IMG/VR virus record: IMGVR_UViG_3300042892_002922
Coordinates: 222,846-286,845 of that record
Strand: one strand, 5' to 3'
DNA: 64,000 nucleotides
DNA from: a virus
Lineage: Duplodnaviria; Caudoviricetes
A model generated the notes under the pieces. The model was not told where the DNA came from. It searched no databases and saw only the letters and a program-made list of their open reading frames with translations. This document shows positions 19,668 to 29,697 of this stretch, piece by piece. The position numbers and the translations under genes are program-made. How positions within the stretch are numbered: position 1 is the stretch's first letter; the number at the start of each line of letters is the position of its first letter.

Positions 19668-22600
19668 ATGAATATATTTGACGCACACATATCGGGATCA
19701 TTATCCGTATCAAGTTCAGCCGAAATTTCGGGTGATTTAAAAGTTTTAGGAACAATTAGTGGTTCCTTTAGTGGTGATGGCTCTAATATCACAAACATCC
19801 CAGCGGGTGGTGTTGTTGGACTTAATTTAACACGAATAGCTGACGGTGCATCAACAGCATCAATTTCAAATACAGATGGTTTAAGAATTAATACAAATTC
19901 AGAAATTACTGGTTCATTAATTATAACCGGTGATTTAATTATAAGTGGAACATCTTTTAATGCCGCGACCTCAGGTACATCTGGTACATCAGGAACCTCA
20001 GGTACATCTGGAACCTCAGGGTCTTCAGGTTCAAGTGGAACATCAGGTACTAGTGGAACTAGCGGAACCTCAGGAAGTTCAGGATCAAGTGGAACATCGG
20101 GATCAAGTGGAAGTTCTGGTTCTAGCGGAACGTCAGGTACGAGTGGTTCTTCAGGTACATCTGGCACATCAGGAACCTCAGGTTCATCGGGAAGTTCGGG
20201 TACGTCTGGAACCAGCGGAAGTTCTGGGTCATCAGGTACAAGTGGAACATCTGGTTCATCCGGAAGTTCTGGTTCTAGTGGAACATCGGGATCAAGCGGT
20301 ACCTCAGGCACTAGTGGAACCTCAGGATCAAATGGTAGTTCGGGCACGAGTGGTTCTTCGGGTTCATCTGGAAGTTCGGGTACGTCAGGTACTAGTGGAA
20401 GTAGCGGTTCTTCAGGAACATCTGGTTCTTCAGGAACATCAGGTTCAAGTGGTAGTTCTGGTACTAGTGGAAGTAGTGGTTCTTCAGGAACCGCTGGAAC
20501 TTCAGGAACCTCAGGTTCTAGTGGTAGTTCTGGAACATCAGGTTCTAGTGGATCTAGCGGAACCGCTGGTACAAGTGGTACATCGGGATCTTCTGGTTCT
20601 AACGGGTCGTCAGGTACTTCAGGAACAAGCGGAACATCTGGTTCATCAGGAACTTCAGGTTCATCAGGTTCTAGTGGAACGAGCGGTAGTTCTGGTTCAT
20701 CAGGAACATCAGGTTCTAACGGGTCGTCAGGTACTTCAGGAACAAGCGGAACATCTGGTTCATCAGGAACTTCAGGTTCATCAGGTTCTAGTGGAACATC
20801 TGGGTCTTCAGGGTCAAGCGGTACATCAGGTTCAAGCGGAAGTTCAGGAACATCCGGAAGTTCAGGGTCTAGTGGTACAGCGGGGACATCAGGAACCTCA
20901 GGTTCTAGTGGATCTAGTGGATCTAGCGGAACCGTAACAATGAGCGGAACACAAGACAATGGTGTTCTAACACTTAATGGTTCCTCACCAAACGTAACTG
21001 CGGAAAATAATTTAAGATTTGATGGTTCACTTTTAACCGTTGTTGGTAACGAAACAATATCTGGTTCCTTAATTGTGACAAACAATTTTACAGTATTAGG
21101 TTCATCCTCAATAACATACGTAACATCATCTCAATTAAGAGTTGAAGACAATATTATCACAGTAAACACTGCTAGCCCTGGATCTAGATTTGGTGGACTA
21201 GAAGTTCATGATTCAGGATCGGTTGGTATTGCTACTGGTTCAATTCTTTGGGATTCTGTTAACAATAGATGGATTTATCAAAACTCAAGTGAGGCGGGTT
21301 ATGGTGGCGGTGTATTATTGTCAGGTCCTAGAAGTTCTGGTTCACTAGGTAGTGAATTAACATTAACTAGTGGTAGAGTTGCAAAGTCAGCGGGCGGAGA
21401 CCACTTAAATGATTCAAATATAACAGACAACGGTACAACCGTTTCGATAAATTCAAATACAGAAATCACTGGTTCATTAATTGTTACTGGTGGTAATAAA
21501 TTAGTTGTAAATGCTACTGGTGGTGATGAAGGTGGTGAAATTTTATTAGGGAAAGCGTTAACTAATACAACACTTGTTGGTGAGGGAGTTACAGTAGATA
21601 TTTGGCAAAATAGATTAAGATTTTTTGAACAAGGTGGAACTGCGAGAGGTGCATATATTGATATCTCAAGTTTAGCGGCAGGTGTTGGTACCAACCTGGT
21701 TGGTGCTGGTTCATCAGGTACTTCTGGAACTAGTGGTACCTCTGGCACATCGGGTTCTAGTGGAACATCAGGATCTAATGGTTCGTCTGGTACGTCAGGT
21801 TCATCAGGAACAAGTGGTACAAGTGGTAGTTCAGGATCTAATGGTTCATCTGGCACGTCAGGGTCTTCAGGGTCTAGCGGAACATCGGGATCTAATGGTT
21901 CATCTGGCACGTCAGGAACATCGGGTTCTAATGGTTCTAGTGGAACATCAGGTTCTTCAGGTTCTAGTGGAACATCTGGTTCATCCGGAAGTTCTGGTTC
22001 AAGTGGGACCTCAGGTTCTTCAGGTAGTTCAGGTTCATCCGGAACAAGTGGAAGTTCGGGAACATCAGGTTCTAATGGTTCTAGTGGAACATCAGGTTCT
22101 TCAGGTAGTTCAGGGTCAAGCGGAACGTCTGGGTCTTCAGGTTCTAGTGGTACTTCGGGTACTTCAGGAAGCTCAGGAACAAGTGGGTCTTCAGGTTCTT
22201 CTGGATCTAGTGGAACATCGGGTTCTAACGGATCTAGTGGTACGTCGGGTTCATCAGGTTCTAGCGGTTCTAGTGGAACTTCAGGTTCTTCTGGTTCTAG
22301 CGGAAGTTCAGGAACAAGTGGATCTTCAGGGTCTAGTGGTTCAAGTGGAACCAGTGGTAGTTCGGGGAGTTCTGGTTCAAGTGGAACATCTGGGTCTTCA
22401 GGAAGTTCTGGTTCTAGCGGGTCTTCTGGTACGTCAGGTACTTCTTTTGCTAATAGTTTTAATATAAATCAAAATTTAGGAACAAGTAACTCACCAACAT
22501 TTGGTGGTTTAACAATTACAGGTGGTGGTTCAGTTAGCACAGTATTAACAGGTGCTAACGTTGGTGACTTATTGTATGCATCAATTGCTGATAACGATTA

Positions 22601-23534
22601 TTTCAGATTAAGAGTTGGTGGTACAGCAACAAATGCCGGTTATGTTGAAATAGCAACTTCCGATGATGGTACCGAACCAATATATGTTAGACAATACACG
22701 GGTGTGTTTAGTAGTATAACTAGGACTGCAACATTACTAGATGGTAGTGGTAACACATCATTTCCAGGTACAATTACAGCCCCAACATTCTCAGGAGCAC
22801 TATCCGGAAACGCAACCACTGCAACCACTGCGGGCGCTTTAACATCAATGAACATTTCACAGTTCACAAATAATAGTGCTTACATCACAGGTATATCTTT
22901 TGCAAACGTTTCATCAAAACCAACAACAATAAGTGGATATGGAATTACAGATGCAATTACAACAGCTAACATTGGCTCTCAGTCCGTATCATTTGCAACA
23001 AGTGCTACAAGCGCAACTACTGCGGGTAGTGCACCAAACGCTAGTAATTTAAACGCATCTTATGGTGTATCAACGGGTAATGGAAACGGATTAAAATTTT
23101 GGGGAGGTTCCGACACGTATAAAATTCATATGGGTAGTTCATCTGAATATTATTATGGCCCTGTTACAGATTACTCCATAAAGTGTAATATAGATAGTAA
23201 TAGTTCGACAAGAGGTTTCACTTGGGGACAAAGTGGAGTAACACCAATTGCCGCGTTAAACGTAGGAAATGGAAATATGCAAATCGCAGGTACATTCACA
23301 TCAGGTGGAAGTATATTACCATTAAGTAATGGTACGTTAAACTTAGGTTCATCTGGAGCAAGATGGAACACATTATTTACATCGGATTTATCGTTATCAA
23401 ACGGTATTGGTGATTACACAATTGTTGAGGGTGAGGATGATTTGTTCTTATATAATAATAAAAGAAATAAAGTATATAAATTTATGTTGCAAGAAGTAAA
23501 ACCAGAAGATGCAACACCAAAGCGACCAGAATAA
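19668..23534 (+). CDS. Tail-fibre-like virion protein with two long Ser-Gly-Thr/Ser triplet repeat blocks
   Basis: G-x-x repeats, beta-rich spacers, phage-fibre-like C terminus (LGSSGARWNTLFTSDL...YTIVEGEDDLFL); next to LamG and Gly-rich genes. Confidence 0.7.
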   Translation: MNIFDAHISGSLSVSSSAEISGDLKVLGTISGSFSGDGSNITNIPAGGVVGLNLTRIADGASTASISNTDGLRINTNSEITGSLIITGDLIISGTSFNAATSGTSGTSGTSGTSGTSGSSGSSGTSGTSGTSGTSGSSGSSGTSGSSGSSGSSGTSGTSGSSGTSGTSGTSGSSGSSGTSGTSGSSGSSGTSGTSGSSGSSGSSGTSGSSGTSGTSGTSGSNGSSGTSGSSGSSGSSGTSGTSGSSGSSGTSGSSGTSGSSGSSGTSGSSGSSGTAGTSGTSGSSGSSGTSGSSGSSGTAGTSGTSGSSGSNGSSGTSGTSGTSGSSGTSGSSGSSGTSGSSGSSGTSGSNGSSGTSGTSGTSGSSGTSGSSGSSGTSGSSGSSGTSGSSGSSGTSGSSGSSGTAGTSGTSGSSGSSGSSGTVTMSGTQDNGVLTLNGSSPNVTAENNLRFDGSLLTVVGNETISGSLIVTNNFTVLGSSSITYVTSSQLRVEDNIITVNTASPGSRFGGLEVHDSGSVGIATGSILWDSVNNRWIYQNSSEAGYGGGVLLSGPRSSGSLGSELTLTSGRVAKSAGGDHLNDSNITDNGTTVSINSNTEITGSLIVTGGNKLVVNATGGDEGGEILLGKALTNTTLVGEGVTVDIWQNRLRFFEQGGTARGAYIDISSLAAGVGTNLVGAGSSGTSGTSGTSGTSGSSGTSGSNGSSGTSGSSGTSGTSGSSGSNGSSGTSGSSGSSGTSGSNGSSGTSGTSGSNGSSGTSGSSGSSGTSGSSGSSGSSGTSGSSGSSGSSGTSGSSGTSGSNGSSGTSGSSGSSGSSGTSGSSGSSGTSGTSGSSGTSGSSGSSGSSGTSGSNGSSGTSGSSGSSGSSGTSGSSGSSGSSGTSGSSGSSGSSGTSGSSGSSGSSGTSGSSGSSGSSGSSGTSGTSFANSFNINQNLGTSNSPTFGGLTITGGGSVSTVLTGANVGDLLYASIADNDYFRLRVGGTATNAGYVEIATSDDGTEPIYVRQYTGVFSSITRTATLLDGSGNTSFPGTITAPTFSGALSGNATTATTAGALTSMNISQFTNNSAYITGISFANVSSKPTTISGYGITDAITTANIGSQSVSFATSATSATTAGSAPNASNLNASYGVSTGNGNGLKFWGGSDTYKIHMGSSSEYYYGPVTDYSIKCNIDSNSSTRGFTWGQSGVTPIAALNVGNGNMQIAGTFTSGGSILPLSNGTLNLGSSGARWNTLFTSDLSLSNGIGDYTIVEGEDDLFLYNNKRNKVYKFMLQEVKPEDATPKRPE
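19968..20933 (+). repeat. Coding tandem repeat block 1, (S-G-T/S)n, about 322 codons
   Basis: Directly visible 9-nt periodicity with degenerate synonymous codons. Confidence 0.95.
20595..20797 (+). repeat. 86-bp exact direct repeat (20595-20680 and 20712-20797)
   Basis: ggttctaacgggtcgtcagg...ttctagtggaac occurs twice, offset 117 nt. Confidence 0.85.
21708..22445 (+). repeat. Coding tandem repeat block 2, (S-G-T/S, N-G-S)n, about 246 codons
   Basis: Directly visible. Confidence 0.95.
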
Positions 23535-23583
23535 TATTGATTAAATAAAAAATAATCATTATATTTTAACAAACCATAAACCA

Positions 23584-24357
23584 ATGCCTTTAGATATTAA
23601 TAGTAATATAATCAGTTCATCAGATATAACAAGTACTGGTATTTTTAAAACTAAAGTGCAGAGAGATGGGATGGTTTTACATTTAGATGCCGGTGATCTT
23701 GATTCATATCCAGGTAGTGGAACTGCGTGGAATGATTTAAGTGGTAATGGTTATAATTTTATTATAAACGCATCGGCTTACAATTCCTCTGGACCAAAAT
23801 ATATGGACTTTAATGGTTCATATGGTTGCGCAAAGAAAACAAGTTCAGATGTCCCTTTGTCTGGTAATGCAACATGTATTTGCTGGACTAGAGTTAAAAA
23901 TAGTACTGCGGAATGGAGAACTTTATTACGAGGTTTAAGTTCAGGAGCAGACCACCAAGTGATTATTCAATCAGGTGCGTGGGCAATCGGTATGTACGAT
24001 AACACAAATGGTACAGGTTTTAATAGTAACGGATTTAGCCAACAAAGTTTACCAGCATATGGCACATCTTCTTGGGATATGTTAGTTTGGAGATGGTACG
24101 ATGCTGAAGTTCCTTATCATCTCTTTAGTTATAATGAAACTGCGGGGGTTATACGAGGATCAATTTCAAGCTCAAATGCAAGATTTAAACATGGTTTTTG
24201 TTCTGTTGGCGCATACAACAACGGAGACCAAAATAACCCAAATGCATCAAGTCAACCTTGGGGTGACATTGGAATGATATCACTATATGATAGAGTTTTA
24301 CATCCTTACGAAATAAACGAATATTATCAAGCAACAAGAGCTAGATTTGGTAGATAA
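23584..24357 (+). CDS. LamG/concanavalin-like virion protein
   Basis: LHLDAGDLDSYPGSGTAWNDLSGNG; YDRVL...EINEYYQATRARFG. Confidence 0.7.
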   Translation: MPLDINSNIISSSDITSTGIFKTKVQRDGMVLHLDAGDLDSYPGSGTAWNDLSGNGYNFIINASAYNSSGPKYMDFNGSYGCAKKTSSDVPLSGNATCICWTRVKNSTAEWRTLLRGLSSGADHQVIIQSGAWAIGMYDNTNGTGFNSNGFSQQSLPAYGTSSWDMLVWRWYDAEVPYHLFSYNETAGVIRGSISSSNARFKHGFCSVGAYNNGDQNNPNASSQPWGDIGMISLYDRVLHPYEINEYYQATRARFGR

Positions 24358-24366
24358 AATAATTTT

Positions 24367-25194
24367 ATGGGTATAGATATTGGCGGAAACGTATTTGATG
24401 CAACTGATTTTAACCCAAGCGGTGAGGCGGCAAGCCCTGCGGTTGTGACCAGAGGATTGGTGTTATGGTTAGATAGTGGAAACAATGCATCATATATTAA
24501 CACATCCAACTATTATGATTGTGGATATGGATGTCAATACTACTCATCAAATCCCGGCTGTACGAATTGTAACACTCAATGGAAAGATATGAGTGGTAAT
24601 GGGTACGATGGAACATTCAACGGTGCTACGGCCATCTCATATAATGTTGGAGGTGGGTCAATTTATTTTAGTGGGTCTCCTGATTTTGTGAGTGCTGGTA
24701 ATATAGGTTCATTCTCAACATTTACTGTTGAAATTTGGTTTAAATCAGATTCAGTTTCTAACTATAAAAATCCAATCGATTGTAATTTTTTAGTGTTTAA
24801 TGGAGGGGCTAGTGGATATAGTAATATTGGACCAAGATTGGAACAAGATTCAAATGGAACACTAGGTTGGGTTGTTGGAGATGCTGCGGGAAACTATACT
24901 GGAGTTAATGTTGTACCATCAGGATTGAGTTCCTCTGGAATACATTGTGCCGTTATTACTAAAACAGGTGCAAGTAGTTTTTTAAGTTATTACAATGGGA
25001 CTAATGCATCAAGTTTAACTTTTTCAAATTGGACGGGAACTATGGGTAACGTAAATATTGGCAGAGGATTTAGCACAAGTGCGGAAAGATGGTTTAATGG
25101 TGGTGTGTCAATCGTAAGAATATATAATAGAGCATTATCCGCATCCGAAATTTTACAAAATTATAATAATGGAAGAGCAAGGTTTGGAGTTTAA
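24367..25194 (+). CDS. LamG-like virion protein with 4-Cys insert
   Basis: LVLWLDSG...WKDMSGNG; RIYNRALSASEILQNYNNGRARFG. Confidence 0.75.
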   Translation: MGIDIGGNVFDATDFNPSGEAASPAVVTRGLVLWLDSGNNASYINTSNYYDCGYGCQYYSSNPGCTNCNTQWKDMSGNGYDGTFNGATAISYNVGGGSIYFSGSPDFVSAGNIGSFSTFTVEIWFKSDSVSNYKNPIDCNFLVFNGGASGYSNIGPRLEQDSNGTLGWVVGDAAGNYTGVNVVPSGLSSSGIHCAVITKTGASSFLSYYNGTNASSLTFSNWTGTMGNVNIGRGFSTSAERWFNGGVSIVRIYNRALSASEILQNYNNGRARFGV

Positions 25195-25208
25195 AATATT
25201 TAATTTAT

Positions 25209-26852
25209 ATGCCAGTACAGTTTAGAAGAACAAACATTTTAGATCCATACTCTTGGGCGGTAGGTTCAGGGGGTACTGGTGCTTTTGGTCAAAATGGTAG
25301 TACTGATGAAAACGAAAGAGTAATCGGCACAGACCCTTTTGGTAATAGTTCAGTTGTCTGGGAATCTAGACCAAACGGTTCCGCAGCTGATGATGGTGGT
25401 TGGGGCACAGGATTCTATGATGTGGATGAATATTCATTATATAGATGGTCAGTTTGGGTTAAAAGAACAACATCAAGTGCTGGAGGAACATCATATCTGG
25501 GACTTTACGGTAGTCCTAATGCTGTTATTAGAATAGATAACGGAGCACAAGAAGGTAACCCATATTTTGAATGTAGTGGTACTGGTGCGTATACTCAAAA
25601 CGTTTGGTATCTACTTGTTGGACATTGTTTTCCATCTAATTACACTGGTGGTGCAACAACACACCCTGATTCTGGTAGATACATAACAAGTGGTAGAAAT
25701 GGTAGTGTTAATTTTTGTAACATTGGCGGTGACGTAAAATGGTATCCGGGAACAACAGGTGGATATCATAGAGTATATCATTATTATTGTGGTGATAACA
25801 CAACCAGATTACAATGGTTTGACCCAAGATTAGATAAATGTGATGGTTCAGAACCAACAATATCCGATTTATTAAACAACAGACAAGCAAAGTTAGAATC
25901 TACAACCGTGACAGTTGAAGGTGCCGCACTTAAACAACAAAAAGTAGTTGCAACAGGTGGTGTTATAACAACTGTTGGTGAGTATCGAGTTCATAGATTT
26001 AATAGTAGTGGAACATTTACCCTATCATCACTTAGATCGGGTTCAATAGAGGTTGAATATCTTATTGCTGCTGGTGGAGGTGGAGGTGGAACAAATATGG
26101 GTGGTGGCGGAGGTGGAGGAGGCGTTCTATTAGGAACAACAATTCTAACCCCAACTTCATATGTAATAACTGTTGGTGGAGGTGGCGCAGGTGCGCCCGC
26201 GGGAACCACAGGTGGACACCCAACCGTAACAGGTGCTAATGGTGGTAATTCTTCATTTAATGGTTTAACTGCTATAGGTGGTGGCTGGGGTGGCGTTTCA
26301 TATAACACACAAGGATTAGGTATACATTTTGGTAATTCAGGTGGTTCAGGTGGTGGAGCTTCGGGTTATAATAATGATGGTGCAGCACCTGGAGCATATG
26401 GTTCAGGAGCGGGTACTTCAGGACAAGGATTTAGAGGTGGTTATCAAGGTAACTCATACTACTCAGGTGGTGGTGGAGGTGCAGGCGCCGCAGGTGCAGA
26501 TGGAAACAATAGACCCGATGGTGGTGCCGGTAAATTAACGGGAATTTTAGGTAAACCATTTTATTTCGGAGGCGGTGGTGGTGGCGGAAGTTACTCACTA
26601 TCTACAGGTGGTTATGGTGGTGTTGGCGGAGGTGGTGGTGGTGCGTTAGGTACCGCACTTGGTGGAAGAAATGGTTTAGCGTGGGGTTCTGATGGTGGTG
26701 GAGGCGCATGTTGTTCATGGGCTAACACACCTGGCGGAAATGGCGCAACAAACACTGGTGGTGGCGGCGGAGGTGGTGCTCACTATAATGCAACAAATAA
26801 GGGTGGAGATGGTGGAAGTGGAATAGTTATAATAAGATACAAATATAGATAA
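25209..26852 (+). CDS. Glycine-rich domain virion protein
   Basis: ATGG...HRFNSSGTF, EYLIAAGGGGGG, GGSGIVIIRY. Confidence 0.75.
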   Translation: MPVQFRRTNILDPYSWAVGSGGTGAFGQNGSTDENERVIGTDPFGNSSVVWESRPNGSAADDGGWGTGFYDVDEYSLYRWSVWVKRTTSSAGGTSYLGLYGSPNAVIRIDNGAQEGNPYFECSGTGAYTQNVWYLLVGHCFPSNYTGGATTHPDSGRYITSGRNGSVNFCNIGGDVKWYPGTTGGYHRVYHYYCGDNTTRLQWFDPRLDKCDGSEPTISDLLNNRQAKLESTTVTVEGAALKQQKVVATGGVITTVGEYRVHRFNSSGTFTLSSLRSGSIEVEYLIAAGGGGGGTNMGGGGGGGGVLLGTTILTPTSYVITVGGGGAGAPAGTTGGHPTVTGANGGNSSFNGLTAIGGGWGGVSYNTQGLGIHFGNSGGSGGGASGYNNDGAAPGAYGSGAGTSGQGFRGGYQGNSYYSGGGGGAGAAGADGNNRPDGGAGKLTGILGKPFYFGGGGGGGSYSLSTGGYGGVGGGGGGALGTALGGRNGLAWGSDGGGGACCSWANTPGGNGATNTGGGGGGGAHYNATNKGGDGGSGIVIIRYKYR

Positions 26853-26853
26853 T

Positions 26854-27243
26854 ATGGCACATTTTGCACAAATAGATTCTAACAACGTAGTTGTTGATAT
26901 TTTAGTTGTTCCCGATGAACAACAACATAGAGGAAATGATTATTTATCCAGTGATTTACAATTAGGTGGAACATGGATTCAAACATCATATAATGGTAAT
27001 ATAAGAAAAATGTATGCCGGAATTGGGTATTGGTATTTACCTGAATTAGACATTTTTTTACCACCCAAACCATTTGAATCGTGGTCTTTAGATACAGTTA
27101 ATCAAATTTGGAAAGCACCAATTGAATGCCCTGAACAAGAAGAAGGTAAAGTTCATATTTGGGACGAAGAACCCCAACAATGGAGAACCGAAATTTTACC
27201 AATTGCAGATGTTAATAATTTACCAGAACAAGCATTACCTTAA
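26854..27243 (+). CDS. Tail-fibre-associated small protein
   Basis: MAHFAQID...WIQTSYNGNIRKMYAGIGY...F.PPKPFESW, a type that typically follows Gly-rich fibre genes. Confidence 0.6.
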   Translation: MAHFAQIDSNNVVVDILVVPDEQQHRGNDYLSSDLQLGGTWIQTSYNGNIRKMYAGIGYWYLPELDIFLPPKPFESWSLDTVNQIWKAPIECPEQEEGKVHIWDEEPQQWRTEILPIADVNNLPEQALP

Positions 27244-27256
27244 TTAGAAATTTAAA

Positions 27257-27418
27257 ATGGGAGAAGTAACAAACATAGAAATTTATTTAGAAAACCAATG
27301 TTGGTACGTAAAATACTTACAAGATGGTGAAACAATTATAAGTAATCCATTTATGGAAGAACAACACGCAATTAATTATTGTGCTAGGTACTTACATCAA
27401 ACAAATATAGATACATAA
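27257..27418 (+). CDS. Hypothetical protein (53 aa)
   Basis: Translated by hand MGEVTNIEIY...; not in the ORF track. Confidence 0.45.
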   Translation: MGEVTNIEIYLENQCWYVKYLQDGETIISNPFMEEQHAINYCARYLHQTNIDT

Positions 27419-27495
27419 AATCTCGTACCACTTGTTAATTTAAAACTTTACATTTAATAGAAAAATATTTACATTTATTATCAAGTTTATATAAA

Positions 27496-27762
27496 ATGAA
27501 ACAAGAAACTAAAGGTAAATTTATTAAATCAGAAAAAACTTTGGTAGTTCTAGAAACTATCGGTGTAATAATGAGAATTATGGCATTCGGTATGTTATCC
27601 ATATTAAACAAGGATACACCGTTTTTATTGATGTGGATATGGAATACTATCGATGCGTTAATATTAACTTATTGTGCCTGGGAAAGAAGCAACACACCAT
27701 ATATCATACTTAACATATTCTGGTTAATAGTTGGTGCTGTTGGGATTTATAACAGTATTTAA
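27496..27762 (+). CDS. Small membrane protein
   Basis: Three hydrophobic segments. Confidence 0.55.
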   Translation: MKQETKGKFIKSEKTLVVLETIGVIMRIMAFGMLSILNKDTPFLLMWIWNTIDALILTYCAWERSNTPYIILNIFWLIVGAVGIYNSI

Positions 27763-28862
27763 ACTTTTCTCTTAATCTCAATTTTCATATTACCAGTACG
27801 ATATTCACCCGGATCATATTGTGGTATACTTAATCTTAAACGATAAAGTGTCATAATATCTTCTGGTGTAAATTCACCTTCTTCATATACCATAACATCA
27901 ACAGTTTCAGCGAACAAGAATTTACTTCTTAAATCATAATTAGTTGTCTTCTGTTGAACTTCAATATAATCTTCTGGTATCTCACCCAAATCAATTTTGT
28001 CGAAGAATGGCTCTATCTCAAATAAGCGATTTCTATTTCTAGTTGTTAACCCCATTGAGAATGTTTTAAATACAAAAACAGAATCTTCCCAATATCTAAT
28101 TTCATTAAACATCGAAATAGGTAATCCCCATTTCCTCACAAAATTTCTATTAGAATTCATTTCGATTTGAATTCTATTGTGTTTAAATTCTTCGCTGAAT
28201 CTAGATGTTTGACTAACAAAATGATAAACAACCGCTCTATTAGTCGTCTTTAAATCATAACCCTTTAGTTTGGTTCTGATAATAAAATCATCATCTTCAC
28301 AAAACGCTGGGAAAAAACTAAATCCATCGAAGTGTCCAACATCCTCGAATAATTTTTTATATCCACTCATAAAGAATGTACCACCGCTAACAATCTTGCT
28401 CTCACGGTTTCTTTGTTCCAGATATTGATTAAATAAATCGTACCTAAAATCAAGAAATGATGAGCCGAGGTCCATGATTTCTTTCCCCGGCCTAATATGA
28501 CCTTTAAATATCGGGGGCTCAACAGTCGTGTAACATAATAATGTCTTTTCATCTAAATCTTCTTCTAATGCTTCTAAAAAACCATTACCAATAACCATAT
28601 CATTATGGATTAGAACCAATTTCTCGGTGTCTACCAGCTTGATTCCGGCGTTATATGTATCGGAGAATGGTAACTTATCATCGTCGTGAATAAATGACAA
28701 ATTTTCATCCATTAACGACTCTAACCATTCTTTGGTACCATCATTAGAACCACCACTACTAATCACTAATGGTGTTGTTGGATACAACTCCCTTAAGTAT
28801 TTATAACATTCTTTAGTTATAGATAGGTTATTGTAAACAGCTAATACGAAACTTATATTCAT
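27759..28862 (-). CDS. GT2 family glycosyltransferase
   Basis: ISFVLAVYN, LIHNDM, EDDDF, VYHF. Confidence 0.8.
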   Translation of the reverse strand: MNISFVLAVYNNLSITKECYKYLRELYPTTPLVISSGGSNDGTKEWLESLMDENLSFIHDDDKLPFSDTYNAGIKLVDTEKLVLIHNDMVIGNGFLEALEEDLDEKTLLCYTTVEPPIFKGHIRPGKEIMDLGSSFLDFRYDLFNQYLEQRNRESKIVSGGTFFMSGYKKLFEDVGHFDGFSFFPAFCEDDDFIIRTKLKGYDLKTTNRAVVYHFVSQTSRFSEEFKHNRIQIEMNSNRNFVRKWGLPISMFNEIRYWEDSVFVFKTFSMGLTTRNRNRLFEIEPFFDKIDLGEIPEDYIEVQQKTTNYDLRSKFLFAETVDVMVYEEGEFTPEDIMTLYRLRLSIPQYDPGEYRTGNMKIEIKRKV

Positions 28863-29691
28863 TTATGTAATCTTCAATATTTTTTTGTGGTTTCCACCCC
28901 AATAATTTTTTAGCTAACGAACTATCGCACAGTGTGTTTTGTGCTTCACCAGGTTTATCGTCCATGTATACTCTCTCACCGCCAAACATATCTGCAATTT
29001 GGTTAATGGAGTAATTTTTACCTCGACCAAGTTCAAAGGTATTCCCCCAAGATTCATTTTCTTTAATTTTAATTAAACCATCAACAATATCGTCAACGTG
29101 TGTAAAATCTCTTTTCTTTTTACCATTACCATAAATTGTTAATGGTTCATTCTTTTCTGTTAAGTTTTCCCATCTACCGATTAATGTTGTGTAACCACCA
29201 GTTTTAAGGTGATGTGGTCCGTATACATTATAAAACCTAGCTATGGATGATTTAAGATTATAATGTTCCTGATTCAATGCAATAATTTCTTCACCAATAC
29301 TTTTACTAAAGGTATAAGGGTTTTTAAATTTACCACTATGGTGTGAACTACTACCTGCATAAATTAATGGTATATTATACTCACCACAAAAATGCGCTAA
29401 TAGAAATGTAGCGGTAGCGTTATTGTTAAAATAAGTTACAGGTCTTTCAAATGATGGTTGAATTCTAGCGATAGCGGCTAAATGGTAAACAACATCTATT
29501 GTGTCACCAAAATACGCCTTACCGATGCTTTCTTTAATGTCATGTTCAATGTACTCAGCACCTTCAACATGATTTGATTTAACACCTGTTGTATAATTGT
29601 CGAATGATGTCACTGTGTGACCTTCAGCAATTAATCTTTTAATTAGATTAGTGCCAACAAAGCCGGCACCACCAGTTACAACTACATTCAT
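28828..29691 (-). CDS. NAD-dependent epimerase/dehydratase
   Basis: VTGGAGFVG, YHLAA, PYTFSK, RFYNVYGP, RDFTHVDD. Confidence 0.9.
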   Translation of the reverse strand: MNVVVTGGAGFVGTNLIKRLIAEGHTVTSFDNYTTGVKSNHVEGAEYIEHDIKESIGKAYFGDTIDVVYHLAAIARIQPSFERPVTYFNNNATATFLLAHFCGEYNIPLIYAGSSSHHSGKFKNPYTFSKSIGEEIIALNQEHYNLKSSIARFYNVYGPHHLKTGGYTTLIGRWENLTEKNEPLTIYGNGKKKRDFTHVDDIVDGLIKIKENESWGNTFELGRGKNYSINQIADMFGGERVYMDDKPGEAQNTLCDSSLAKKLLGWKPQKNIEDYINEYKFRISCLQ

Positions 29692-29697
29692 TATTTT

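Noticed and set aside
19968-22445. Repeat arrays as CRISPR or non-coding satellite
   Set aside because: In-frame 9-nt periodicity with synonymous variation and no unique spacers
19968-22445. N-G-S sequons suggesting N-glycosylation
   Set aside because: Any Asn placed before Gly in this repeat automatically forms a sequon, so they are uninformative
19664-22467. Long Pro/Glu/Val-rich antisense ORFs (19664-21085, 21299-21910) and Gln/Val-rich alternative-frame ORFs (19945-20937, 21682-22467)
   Set aside because: Shadows of the S-G-T repeat, whose codons give no stops in those frames; no independent start signals
25991-26308. Pro-rich antisense ORF
   Set aside because: Mirror of poly-Gly codons in 25209-26852
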